A stretch of DNA of 62,871 bases, filler included, from Choristocarpus tenellus KU-1152 (taxonomy: Eukaryota; Protista; Phaeophyceae): assembly GCA_964200185.2 (NCBI GenBank). It is 9 parts of 9 records of this genome, joined end to end, with 100 filler letters (N's around TTAATTAATTAA, not from the genome) between each part and the next. Parts side by side here need not be neighbours in the genome. Positions count along the whole stretch, not along the records: positions 49,907 to 54,235 come from CAXNAD020015096.1; positions 54,336 to 60,043 come from CAXNAD020009955.1; positions 60,144 to 62,871 come from CAXNAD020025256.1; 6 more parts are not named here. One strand, written 5' to 3'. The notes beneath the pieces were generated by a model. That model did not search any database. It worked only from the letters and a program-made list of their open reading frames with translations, and was not told where the DNA came from. The translations under genes were made by a program, and so were the position numbers. This document shows positions 50,500 through 62,871 of this stretch, piece after piece (the first letter of the stretch is position 1; every line of letters starts with the position of its first letter).

Positions 50500-52150
50500 T
50501 TGAAGGTTACATGCACCGAAGTGACTACCTTGCCTTCCTGAGGAAGTTATACGTGCCAGCATAGTGATGTGTAGTCGTGTCCCATTAGCAGTTCCCTCTT
50601 GGCACAGGTGTGGAACTTCAATGAAGCTCCACTCTGCCATGTTGTCTGGTCTATGTACCACTCACTCCCCCAGACTCTCAGCCTGCCGTAGTTGAATGAC
50701 TTTCCTGTGAGTCGCATGCATGGTGTCTCCCCACCCAAGTACTCGTGCAGCATCCCTCCAGTTATGAATGCCACGTCCATTTCGACAAAGAACCAGTACT
50801 CATTGCCCCATCCTGCTTTCACCAGTTGGCTCCTCGCAGCCTCCACTAGTTCCTTGATGGACTGCTCCATGATTCCGTTGCTCTGGGATGTGTATGGTAG
50901 CGACTTTCTCCTTCGAATCCCGTTGTTTGCTAGCATGCATTGGAATTGAACTGATTTTCCAAGTTCCTCAACGCAGTTCCCACTCATACACTTCACAACG
51001 CCTTGTCGGCCCATTTTGTCAATGTAGGTAGTGACTGCATCCACTGCTAAGTCTCTGGTCTTCAAGCCATAAATTCGCTTGTCCCTGCTCCTCTCACCAG
51101 AAAATACCTGGAAGTATTTCTGTTCCGTGACGTCCGGTTGGAAGGGCCCCGCCAGATCTGTGTGCATAACCTCACCAGGCTGTTTGGGGCTTCGACTTCC
51201 CCTTTGGTAGCCGAGTTTCTACAATTTGCACTCCTTGCACGTTCTTGCATCATCTAAGAAGCGATTTTAGCGTCTGTGATCTTAAAAAATCCTTGCTGCT
51301 TTTCCAGATATTTTATGACTAGTGGTTGATATACCCCAGCACGTTGTGCCAGTTGTGAAGTGTCAGTTTCTGAATCTTCCTGGCAAATGACGCACTTGCC
51401 ATACTCCGATTTCTTTTCAGCGTTCCCTTGAGGTCTAGAAATTCCCTCGATTTCTCCAGATTTATGTACGGACTGTTACTCTAAGTTCTCAGGTAGCTTG
51501 TTCTTGGTTCCAGAGTCCATCTTTTCTCCATGTTCTTGTCGCAGGATATCAGTGCTCAATATTCGGCATGGCATACACTAGGTACCAAAGTACATCCCAA
51601 AGTATCACCCTTGACTCCCCTTTCTTGCTTGTTGTCAATAGTGCCATATCCCCTGTCTCCTTAGCCTCCAGCTTCCCACTGTTGCCGAAGGTGTAAGTTT
51701 TTGCTCGCGTATTCAACAGATCCTCTCTGTATGGCGTGAGATGTACGTTCGCTCCAGGGTCGCATAGGACTTCAATCCATTTGCCTCGTGATGAGCTAAG
51801 CATCACTCACTCGTCCTCTTGAGCGTTACCTTGAAGGTTGAGAATGACGTTCTGATTCCTGTTGCTACTCCTTCCCTTTTGACGTCTTCATTGACTGAGT
51901 GCCGATGTAACTGCAGGTGGTGGAGGAAATTGCATAGTGGGTGCCACTCCTCATGGACGTTCGACTGATGGTTTGCTTGCCAAACGCAAGCGGCATTCTC
52001 TCCATCGATGTCCCCATTTGAGGCAGTGTAACACATCGATCGTCCAAGAGCGTCAGTCCCTTATTGTCCTCTGTAGGGTCGTTGCATTTCCGTTCCCTTC
52101 CTGTTCCAAACGAGAGTATGATGATGGTGAGACTATTGCCTGCTTCAGCT
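50500..52150 (-). mobile_element. Degenerate Ty1/Copia protease, GAG-pre-integrase and integrase
   Basis: Protease LCDPGANVHLTP (51549-51806); WHNVLG and CxxC pre-integrase (about 51180-51360); integrase HTDLAGPF...PYTSQSNGIMEQ...YWF...ETP...LRVWGS (50547-51167). Confidence 0.9.
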
Positions 52151-52603
52151 CTGTGCAATTAAGCTTGGAAAGTATTGCTATTTGATCAGTAGTGAAGACA
52201 AGAAGATGGGAAACCCTCACACGATTCCCCTTTGCTGAACGTGAAACGAATGGGTGGATGAAATTAGAAGAGTGACCCTGTGGGATCTCTTCTTATTGCT
52301 TGTTTTATTATTTTTGCCTCATACTCAAGCCAACGATTATGTCAGAGCAGTTTAACTGCAATACCAAACCCCATACATAATCTGGATGTACTATCTCATT
52401 AGTTACATCGCACGGACTCGATCCAACGTCTATTCTCACATACACAAAACAGGGTACACCTTACGATTGTCCTATTTTGCTCACTCCCACAAGATTCCTG
52501 GCAATGAAGGAAGGGTTGGTGGAACTCTCAAACCTGAAAAAAAAATCCATAGTCTGAACGAAATTCATCTACAACCTTGACAACACTGAATTGAGGAATG
52601 TTA

Positions 52604-52812
52604 GAGTGAAAGTATCTTAGAGGGTACGGGTTTTGCCCTGTTTGTCCGTTTGGTTTCGTGGTTTCCTACGGATATTTTACGACATTTTACCTACTCCGGA
52701 ATGTTTTGGAGTAGGTAAAATGTGTATGTTATGAAAAGGTGTGTCCGGAACAAGGATATTGACACTTCTTAACAAACACGACAGCCAAAATCACATCAAA
52801 ATCGAATATTGG
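52604..52812 (-). mobile_element. MITE family B, truncated and fused to Copia RT
   Basis: GAGTGAAAGTATCTTAGAGGGT start; internal 16-bp hairpin at 52682-52723; lacks the last ~50 bp seen in other copies. Confidence 0.85.
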
Positions 52813-54235
52813 AGGCAGACATTAGCGAAGAGATTTTTGTGCGTTTATGTGATGGATATGGTTTATGGTCAGGAAAGATTGTGCATTTAGTGAAAACCCT
52901 TTATGGCACCAAACAGACTAGCAGGGAGTTAAATAATTTGTTGGTGCACGTTTTGGAACAGTGTGATTTTGAGAAATGCAGAGCAGATCAATGTGTGTTG
53001 CGCTATGTAAGAGATAGCGTTATTTGTGCTGTGATAGCCCCCCACGTTGACGATCTTTTGGTAACTGTTAAAAACTAATCTTTGATTTGGGTTCGCTCCA
53101 GGTTTAAAAGCAGTTTTCCATAGAAGATTTTGGTGATCTTAAGTATTTTATGGGTTGTGAGATATCACGTGACAGAATTGCACGGACTGTCACCATCAGT
53201 CCGAATAGGTACATTAAGAGTATTTGTCAAAGATTTGATATGGATGAGGCAAAGAAAAGGGTGGTACCCCATGACCTCTCAAAGAGTTTGGACAAGAGTG
53301 AGGATCATCCAAGTGCTACTGAAAATACACCGTACAAAGAGGCAGTTGGTAGTCTGATGTGGGCATCTGTTATGAATAGGTTTGACATTGCAAATGCAGT
53401 TCGTGAGGTTGCCTAAGTACAGTAGCAACCCCAAAGTCACACACTGGCGTGCAGTTAAGTGTATTTTATCATATTTGAATATGTGTCTCAGTGTTGGATT
53501 GAGTTTTGGTGGTTTTGATACTGAGTGCGAGCTGAGTGAATATACTGATGCTAGTTATGCTGGAGACTGGAATGATCGTAGATCAGTGAATGGAGGAATG
53601 ATAATGTTTGCAGGAGGAGAAATATCTTGGTTGTCAAAGGTACAAAAGTTGTAGCTCTGTCTTCCACGGAGAGTGAGTATATAGCCCTTAGCAGTGTGGC
53701 ACAGGAATTGCTTTTCTTGAGAAGGGTTTTTGAGTTTATTCAGCCACAGTTTTCTAGGCGTTGCATTGACATGTTTGAGGATAACGATGGTGCATGCAAA
53801 CTAGTACGAATGCCACAAGCTCTACTAGAACAAAGCACATTGATGTCCGACACCATTTTCTGAGGGACATAGCTAGAAAAGGAGAGATTCGTGTTGTTTT
53901 TGTTGGTACAGCAATCAGAGGGCAGATGTGTTGACCAAGAACTTGCCAGTCCGAAGTTTTAGGCAACATGTGAAGCTTTTAATGAACATGTAGAGTGATG
54001 ACATATGTGTAGTATTTTTTTTTGGTGATGTGATTGTTCAAGAGTTAATACTTGTTTTCAGCAAGGGGAGGATGTCGAATAACCTAGTGTTATCCTTACG
54101 TGGAATGTGCTGATATAAGTATATAACATAGATTTCATGTACGTTTATATTTGATTTGGTACAATACCAGTCGTGCATTTTAAGCTGGAGTCACCAGGGA
54201 GATGGGCACGGAGGGGTTTATTGTATTCTTGGGAT
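52809..54235 (+). mobile_element. Ty1/Copia RT-RNase H, PPT and start of the 3' LTR
   Basis: KTLYGTKQ, ADQCV, HVDDLLV, PYKEAVGSLMW, YTDASYAGD, VALSSTESEYIA, FEDNDGA and KHIDVRHHF, split by frameshifts. PPT AAGGGGAGGA at 54063-54072 is followed by TG at 54073. Confidence 0.93.
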
Positions 54236-54756
54236 NNNNNNNNNNNNNNNNNNNNNNNNNNNNNNNNNNNNNNNNNNNNTTAATTAATTAANNNNNNNNN
54301 NNNNNNNNNNNNNNNNNNNNNNNNNNNNNNNNNNNCCATCCTCAATGAAAAGCTCCATCCTCAATTTTTGAAATCGGCTGTTAATTGCAGACTTTCTGTG
54401 AGCACGAGGTCAAAGAGTGGGTGTGCGAACACACAGGAAGAGTGGGGAGGCTTTTCCCCCTCCTAAACCCTATACGTTAATGAAGTAATAGTGCATCTGT
54501 TGCCACTCTTGGGGACCTACAATCCAGCATTCGAACCCCAATATGAGGGCTCTTTCTTCAAAAAAAGAAAAAAATGGCGAAGAAAACGATGCCCCGACTC
54601 TTGAGGGGCTTGTGACGGGCGTCACGAATATGCTTCTATTTAAAAAATCCGATATCTACATCAAACTTTATGACGGGACAACTCGAAAGGGCGAAGCTAC
54701 TGGTACCGCTATGCTAATACTCTACATCAAAATATCTGACCCCCAGTAAAGGGACT

Positions 54757-54939
54757 GGCTCAAAGTATGTGGGAGGGGGTGGTGGCTGTCCCTTTGGGGC
54801 CAATTTTTTCATCTTGCGATTTTTGGGTGATTTGGTTGCCTACATCTGATATGGATAATGTAAGTGCACTTTTCCTGGTCATGGGTCAAATGAACACCCT
54901 GGTGCAGACTCCCCCCCCCCCCCACAGATACTTTGGGTC
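54757..54939. mobile_element. MITE family A, full copy (183 bp)
   Basis: GGCTCAAAGTATGTGGG...CCCACAGATACTTTGGGTC with a 3-bp duplication ACT (54754-54756 and 54940-54942); colinear with 8458-8637. Confidence 0.88.
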
Positions 54940-56959
54940 ACTGCTCACCTCTTCGGGTGCGAAATACTGCTTCAACCCTCCCACCCTACCATATCATTAC
55001 TCATAATCAATGCATGAAGGTGATAGCAGACCAGATTCCTCGATTCTGTTAGTCACCACAGAACTGCACCATTTGCCAGGTATGAGAGGCCTGCAAACTT
55101 CTGGTTCAGTCACAAATCAATGCGGAACAGGATGACTGCAGGTCCACCAATCTTAATTTCCATACATGACGATAATCTTTCAGCTGGATTATCACAGTTT
55201 CTCACCGCCTCAAGGAATCTTGGACAAAGCCGATATGATGCGTAGTCACTGGTAGTTCGAGGTATTCACTTGCGATCCTGACGTGGTCCATCGCATTTGG
55301 CTCTAGGCTCGCCTTTCCAATGTCCTCTACACTAGCTTCTTTGCTGGTTGGATGCCTACGGTTCTAGGTCAAAGTCCTGTGACCCACACCCTTGACTGTG
55401 ATCTGGTGGGGACCCAAACATCATGGGTGCTCCACACCGATTGTCTTTCCATGTTGTCCACGCCTCCAGAACTCGGCACAGTGACTTGGAAGGGCAGTAG
55501 GTCTATTATGTTCATCCTCTGTTCAAGAAGGAAATTAGGAGGATGTTGAGTAGCTCTAACAGAAAAAGGTATGGGAGGAACTGTTTTTGAAGAGGAAGGC
55601 AAGGAAATGTGGTTGCAAGGTATGTAATTTTAATCTTTAGCAGCACAACTTGGAAGGTTACTGTACCTATAATGGAGTTTAGAAACTGTTTTGAATAGGG
55701 GAGGAAGAAGGAACAAATCCAATAGACAATTGTGGCCACCCTCAATTCTACCTCATACGTAGTTCAGGATGAGACTTCTTGCTTGTGGTGGCATACAAAG
55801 GCGTCTCCACTGATAACATAGCTTTTCCTTAGCGCTGGAGAAGCCCTACGGTAAGAGTTGAAAGAAATGAAGGCAAGAACACAGTCTTATGTAGGATACT
55901 GAGTCTTTTATTTTCCTGCAGTTTCAGACGCCTTACAATTGTACGCAATACTTACACTTACTCTCCGATGCAGGTACACACACACTCAGGCACGACGGAC
56001 TTCGATGGCAACACCACAAAGCGTTGAGCCAAAGTAAACAATAGGCACTCAGGTGTTTACCTGTTTTAGATTTAAAGCCACCTTTACACCTACCTCAATA
56101 CACCCTTTTTTTATACTGATCAAGGGGTAAGATTTACTTGACAAGACTTATTTCTCTGTTGTTAGGAAAATTTCCACCAGAATTCCAGAAATCTCCCTAT
56201 TATGAGAATTTGGACAAAAAGCCGAATTTTGCACACATTTGTCAATATCCTTAAGAATGCAACCCTGGTACATTTTGTTTACTGTGGTCGTTCAGGAAGC
56301 CTTACACAGACGAGAACTGTGAATATTACATGAGAACTGTGAATATTACATGAGTATATCGAAAGGCATTCGTTCCTTGCAGACGAATGCTTTGACTAAC
56401 CTTGCGTAAAGAGCAGTATCCTCATCACTTGAAAGGTGGATCCCTTGAGATGATGCGGACTTGAGTAAAGGCGCCCAAAGGCCATGATACTCCAGGCCTC
56501 TGGAAGATTAACATAGAACTTAATCCTATTGCACAAAACGAAATCTTCGAGAAGACAAGGCGTTGCAGCCAAGCGGAATGCGTTCTGCAGCAAGAATCGT
56601 TCTGTTAAGGAGAGAGTTGGTGCACAATGTCCACCAGGCGAGTTTCACTCCTTTGCCGCAACAGCTAGATCATTTTGAGGTGGGTTTATACTGTGGCTTG
56701 TGAGCTGTGCCATATTTTGCCTCAAAAAACGCAGGACCTGCCGGCAGAGCACTTCTGACCAACCATGTTGCAATGTTTGGGTTGACAAGCCAAAATATAT
56801 GGCGAACACAACAAATACCTAAAACTATTAAATCCGTTGCACACCAACCATAGGTACAATCGAACCATCACTACGGAATTTGAAGGCGCTTGAAGGAAAT
56901 ACGAGGAAGATACTTTGTTCACAAGTCAATATCTTGTACTACTTGCACAAGGTGTGTGA

Positions 56960-57321
56960 ACAGTGCATGAAGCGCATCGACAAGCTTACCCTCCCAAACG
57001 AGTTTGCTGCACAATCCTATACATTAAAAAAAATCGGAGAGTTTATCCTTATCAATGGCAAGACCCTTCATAACTGGAGGAATACACTTGTGTAAATGGG
57101 TCACTTCACGACCTATTCGTGGGCGTGTTTATGCTGCAGAAGATAATGTTACAGAATTCTTGGCACATCTTATTAAGAACCTGAAAGAAATATTGCGTGT
57201 CAGGGTTGACATTGTGGACGCTGAATTCAAGGGAGGATTCATCAATAGGGAGTACGGGTTAGGTCACGAGCTTGTAGAGATGAGAGGCAGAGTGAGTGCA
57301 ACCACTGCTGTGAAGACATAG
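56960..57321 (+). pseudogene. Possible N-terminal remnant of an IS630-Tc1-mariner-group transposase
   Basis: INGKTLHNWRN, then frameshifted IRGRVYAAEDNVTEFLAHLIKNLKEILRVRVDIV...FINRE, resembling the HTH region of such transposases. Weak. Confidence 0.3.
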
Positions 57322-58425
57322 TTTCAAGAGCAAGTGGGGAGGAGGGCGGATAGGACGACCAAACTACGTAGGGTTCGATATTGTACGTGATTTTTCGGTT
57401 CTACATCCAACTTAAACCAACAATTGAAACCCTTACGCCTCTATCCCATGATGTTTCGGAGAGTCTCGATGAGACCTGGTGGGAGGGACAGCACTTTGTG
57501 TGCAGCTTATCATTTTCCGGTCCCACGACCACCAGATGCCCCTTGCCCTCGGCCTCACCTCATGCACTTCTTCATCCGATCTGAGCAAAAAGCACTGAAG
57601 TTATGAGTATATGCCTACCTATTAGTTTATTCCACAGCAGTGAACGGCCTGTAAACCACAACCAACAGAAGCATGTCAAAGCTGAGTTTGATGGGAAAAG
57701 GTATTTTGAGGCACTGTTTTTCAAGCTTTCAACCCCATGCTTGATTCACCCTTGCCTATATTCAGATGTTATAAAAACATGGTTACAAACGACTTCAGAA
57801 AAAAGTAGTGGCAATGCAACAACAGGCTGCAGTTCCATAAGGACCATCTCTCAAGTTATCTTATTTTAGAACGCCACTCCTGTAATACTATTGAATCTAC
57901 CAGGACTGATATCGTGTCTCATGGTACCTTACCATATAGGCTAGGTTGTGTGGTAGTAATAGTGCACACTGGAAGAGTCGCTTATCAACACCATTGTTTG
58001 AAATATTTCCACAGTGTACGAATTATTACGAAACATTATATGTTGATACTACTACATTAATAAAAACTTACAAAGTAGTGAACTTCCAGTACTCCAGATT
58101 GAGTGCATCAGGTTGGTATTGTATTTGTTTCGTTCCAGGTTTGAGGCAACGCACCCCACAGAGGAGATAACAAAACCTAGTAATGTCAATGTTCTCAGGA
58201 TCCCCCTCTGGTCGTCAGATACCTCAGACACATGCCATGAGGATGAGCCATTCTGACACAGCTCTATTAGTGAGTGCAAAGACGCCATCTTGATGCAATG
58301 AAGACCTTTGAGGACTTTATCTATGGGACGAGGCACCACCCCAATATCATGCACAAGGTTAAGAGCCAGGTGAAGGAAGGTCCATATAACAATAGGAAAC
58401 GCCAGTATCCATGGTTTTCGGAAAG

Positions 58426-58685
58426 GAGTCAAAGTACCCTAGAGGGTAGAGCCGCGTCCATTCGGGGGTTAAATCTATTATTCTGATTTTGATGTAATTT
58501 TGGCTATCGTGTTTGTTAGGAAGTGTCAATATCCTTGTTCCAGGTACACCTTTTCATAACGTATACATTTTACCTACTCCGAAACATTTTGGAGTAGGAA
58601 TACGTAATAAAAAACCCGATGGGAAGTCAAGTCCCAAATGGACAAACAGGGCAAAACCCATACCCTCTATAAGATACTTTCACTC
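58426..58685 (+). mobile_element. MITE family B, full copy (260 bp)
   Basis: GAGTCAAAGTA...TACTTTCACTC TIRs flanked by 4-bp AAAG on both sides (58422-58425 and 58686-58689). Confidence 0.88.
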
Positions 58686-59089
58686 AAAGGGCTAATACGA
58701 GGGGATGGTCATTGTTGTAACTTCACCTATAAAGTGTGTTCAGAACACATCCCTTGGACATAATGCCGCAGCATGATTCCAAACAATACGGCCCGTGTTT
58801 CAATTTCAAATTTCCTCAGTCCCTCTCTCCATACTCTTTGTGCTGCTCTAACTCAGACTCACTACCCCGAGGACTGGAGCGACATAGTGTAAGTAAGACG
58901 AAATATATATCTGTACTCTTCTTTCGTACCCCATGTAGTAGAAAGGCAGTGCCAGGAGTACGTCTTCCTTGTTCCTTTGCAGCATTTTAAGGTTAGAATT
59001 CCATGTACTCCTTATTCTTTCTTTTCTAATGTATACCTTTTAATTGTAAATCAACCCCCCATCTTTGTACGAGTAAGAACAGTTCGTTG

Positions 59090-59620
59090 GTCTACTTTTT
59101 ATGATGACCTCCAGCTGAACAACGCTCTATGATAAGCACCAAATTCTTCACAGCTAACACAACACCGTCACCAAAGCACCACTGGGCTCTTCCCACACTC
59201 AGTATCCTCACACCTTGAGAAACTACATGTGGGCGCAATGAAACAACTTCACAACCTTCAGTGAATAGTGACAAGATTATTGGAAAAACTTTAAGATCGA
59301 GTGGAAGCAGGTCTTTCTCTCAAAGTTCCATGCTTGCAACATTGTCCACAAGTTGGTTACTGACCTCCTACATATTGACCAAAATTGAGTCACGATGAGT
59401 TGGGCACTGATTATGGACTGTTCAACGATAGAAGAGGGGAAGAACGTGCATAAATTGTCTGGCCTCAAGGGACGGTATGGATAAATTACATCCCCTCCAC
59501 GGCATCAAATTGTCATCTCTTCCCTTGACTCTTCCAGCACGACCAAAAAGTACCACCATCTCCACAAGGACATATCCCCATTCCAAGACCACGACGAGTA
59601 CATACTTCTATTCCCCCCTT
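59090..59620 (-). mobile_element. Possible decayed Ty3/Gypsy integrase tail
   Basis: Only a weak HxxxLKfF-like motif (HSILKFF) in broken frames. Confidence 0.25.
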
Positions 59621-60189
59621 TCCATCATTATTACATTTATCAGGTGCACCTGGCACCGTCTGTTCTTTGGGATCGACCTCTAAAAACAAGAGGCATCTAA
59701 AAAGCTACAACTTTCACTATACGAGCTTAATCCCCCTCACCCGTGCGCAACTCAATGGCCCTGATACCTTCTTTGCTGAGGCTGGGGTGGCATAATTTAC
59801 AGCAAAAACGGAGAGCAATCCTATGATATTACGGGGGTTATGGTTTGTGGCATAGGAGCCACGTCACAACTTGTCCCCAATCACCCCACACAGAGGCTAG
59901 TTCACAATTATCCCATCCCAATATGTCAATTCATTTAAGACAAAAATATACCTTACAGGGGTAGAGTCAGGGTAAGAGTTGATAGAGTGAGACATACGAC
60001 AAGCTACATTGTATATAGAAACTCTTGAGAAGTATCTGGGGGGNNNNNNNNNNNNNNNNNNNNNNNNNNNNNNNNNNNNNNNNNNNNTTAATTAATTAAN
60101 NNNNNNNNNNNNNNNNNNNNNNNNNNNNNNNNNNNNNNNNNNNTGGCCCCCAAATGGACGCGGCTCTACCCTCTAAGATACTTTGGCTC

Positions 60190-61500
60190 TATGAAGACGA
60201 AAAGAAAACAGACAACAATGTCTCAAATGAACATATCACAGAAAGACCCTCCCTCCTCATAAGTATGAAGACAACTGATTACAGACGCAGAGATCATAAT
60301 CACATTGAAATAGGGTACTGTCATAGAAAGATTCTCCCCTCATTGTAATAAAATTCAGTAGGGCATTGTGGCCCACTCATCCGTATTTAAGCATCTTACC
60401 CCCCTTATTGCTATTCCCAGTATGCTCTTGTTCGCCTCTCCCGAAGACTGGAAATATCTGGCTTGTCTTATCCTCCTTTTATCTCTTTCTCAAGGTTCTC
60501 AGTCCGAGTATCCAATCTCTATCCTTTTTCCTTGTGTCACACCTTCTTGACAGGGGTACCATGGGTCACAGACAAAACATATCTTGTGTCTCCTTAGCCA
60601 CCTGCACCAGAGTTATGATTGGTCGAACTGCTGGTTACTTCTGCACCTAAAAGCGGTGACTGTAACACAGGATAATCCAAACAAACAGCGAGAGCACAAA
60701 CGGACAACAAGTGGTGAGTATGCACAAAAATCGAGACAACATGGAACACACAACAGTAAAGCTGCCAGCATCCCCATGCATAATCTGGAGGTCTTCCCCT
60801 CATTAGAGGGAGGCTCTGAAGTCATGGTCTAGGGCCCAGGTTATTGGTGCGATCCGGTAGACACAGTAATGTGCCCCGCACTCTTGTATAGCCTCAAAGT
60901 CGTAAAGAGAGACCCTGAAGCCATGCTCTCGAGTATGGGCCATTGGTGTGACTCAGTGCTCCCAGTAGGGTGAACTACACTCTTATTACATAGCCTGAAG
61001 GTTGTAGAAGGAGGCCCTGAAGCTGTGATCTCGAGTGTAGGGGAAATTGATGCAAACCAGTGCAGATAGTAAGGAAACCTGCACTCTCTTACAGAGGCTC
61101 GAAGTTGTAGAAGGAGACCCTGAAGCTGTTATCTCAAGTGAAGAACATCGATGCAAACCTGAGTGAATGCACAGATGCTCACTTGCCCAAGAAGTTGATG
61201 TTTGTGGAGCTTGATGCTGAGGAGGCAAACCAGGCTGTCTTGGGGGGACCCAAGAAAAGCTTGTAGTGGTGCCTCCGAGATGACCTTCAGTGTTTCAGGA
61301 CCTCAGCTGAAGGGTGGGGCATAATTGGGAAAAACCCCAAGGCATGTGATACAGTACAGGTGTTTGGAGAATGGAGCCAAATACTTCATGGATGTCTGGC
61401 ATACTGTGGAGGGTGGTGCAGTCTAATCTCACCATGCAGAAATGACTGCTACTGTTCCAGGGACAACCACATCATGGCTCAAAACGGAGAGGTATTTCAC
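60190..61500 (-). repeat. Unclassified dispersed repeat family, copy 2, with an internal ~100-bp triplication
   Basis: Matches 13350-13570. CCCTGAAGCYRTGMTCTCRAGT-like blocks occur three times within 60890-61160. Confidence 0.55.
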
Positions 61501-62871
61501 ACAGTGGTATGCAGTTGATACTATCCGGTAGGAGAACACACACAATACATACAGCCTATCTATTATTGCATTAAAACGCCCAATAGGGTTAACCTTACGA
61601 GGAACCTGTTAGTGACCACCCCCCACTCTGATTCGTCTCGTAGGAGAATATCGCCTTACTTACCGAGCGTACGCATCATCGCTGTTTTACTAAATGAAGT
61701 TAACTCCTCTGGTTTGTTCAAAGGACTCTCGCGAGTTTCATAATAAAACATGTAATAAATTGAAAGGAATTCACATGTCTATACCGAGTTCGATCGATGT
61801 TTCCCATCGTACGGGAATCTGGAATCGGACCTCAATGGAATAAGTGACAGACAGCACGAAATGGTAATAATAATAGTCCAGTGTGTAGTGCCTTTGACCA
61901 TGTGTTGAAACAATGCAGGGTTAATCATTATTATTGGTACTATATAGATATTAAATAATAGGGTACTTTCTTCTCATAGCACACATACATACACACTTCA
62001 CAAACTTGTGATGAGTGTTCATTCGTCCACTTCTACTGGTCGCTTAGTGTGTAAGAACCTAAATAACACATGTACCGCCCTGCACGGTATGCAAGCATGA
62101 CTTAGCAGTACACTAACACACTTCACACATCAATGCAATAAAATGTGAGATGGCATAATAATAATATAGTAGGCTTGATGAAATCGGTAGGTATAATCAG
62201 TACAGTGGTCAAGTAACAAAACATATGAGTGTTTTTGTGAAACAGATGGAAACAAGCCGACAGGTTCTTCGTGATGAAGTGGAGCGGGAAGACGTACAGG
62301 AGGCAAGATCAAAGAGAGACAAGTCAAAAAGGGAGAACAGTCCCTTAGAAGATCACTCAGGAAAAGAGTGTTCAGGTGGTCAATCAACGACGGGGTTTGT
62401 AAGGTCCCCTCAAACCACCCAATCTTACTTCAAGCAGATGCTATCTTCAACATGCATGAACAAATGTCATACGAATATCATAATTTCCAAGATAGGTTAC
62501 CTTCAGGGTATACCTTCTGTGGAAGATGGCTCTCGCATTTTTTTCATATATAATGTTTTATAGTATTTTTCACATTTATTATATCTTATTATACTGACAT
62601 AGTATGTATACGTATAGTCTCCATTTTTTAATATGCAATCCTCAACATACAAACTCAATACGCGCACATACGAGTTTCTTTCATTCTTCTCACAAAATAG
62701 TAGTAGAATAGTATTAATTCCTCAACCTAAATCGAGGAATTGGTTTGGGACACAAAGAGTAGTACAACATAGATAGGTGGTAGTAGTAAAATAGGAAATG
62801 TGAATCGTGTGATTCTGTGGCGGCGTGGTTCACTCAGGCAAGGGTGGCGAAGAGAATCACCGGGCAAGACG

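Overview
Eukaryotic nuclear DNA. It is probably a stramenopile and possibly a brown alga (inferred from histone H4 residues, TTAGGG repeats and GT-AG introns). The window is not continuous: nine contigs are joined by 100-bp N/TTAATTAATTAA/N linkers, so nothing can be linked across the gaps. Host genes are an intact histone H4 with a 3' stem-loop, a 5-exon REX1-B-domain gene (minus) head-to-head with an NTAN1-like gene (plus, cut off by the contig end), and three spliceable exons of a coiled-coil protein. Most other sequence is decayed transposon DNA: Ty1/Copia pieces, a LINE-type RNase H, plant-type mariner, a hAT-type BED finger, two related MITE families sharing an AAAGTATC TIR core, and many micro/minisatellites. 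The best candidate for an undescribed system is on the 32.6-36.6 kb contig: a spliced ParB/Srx-like (DGNHR) gene divergently paired with a Sola1-like transposase N-terminus across a tandemly duplicated AT-rich spacer. All calls come from manual motif reading; no searches were run.
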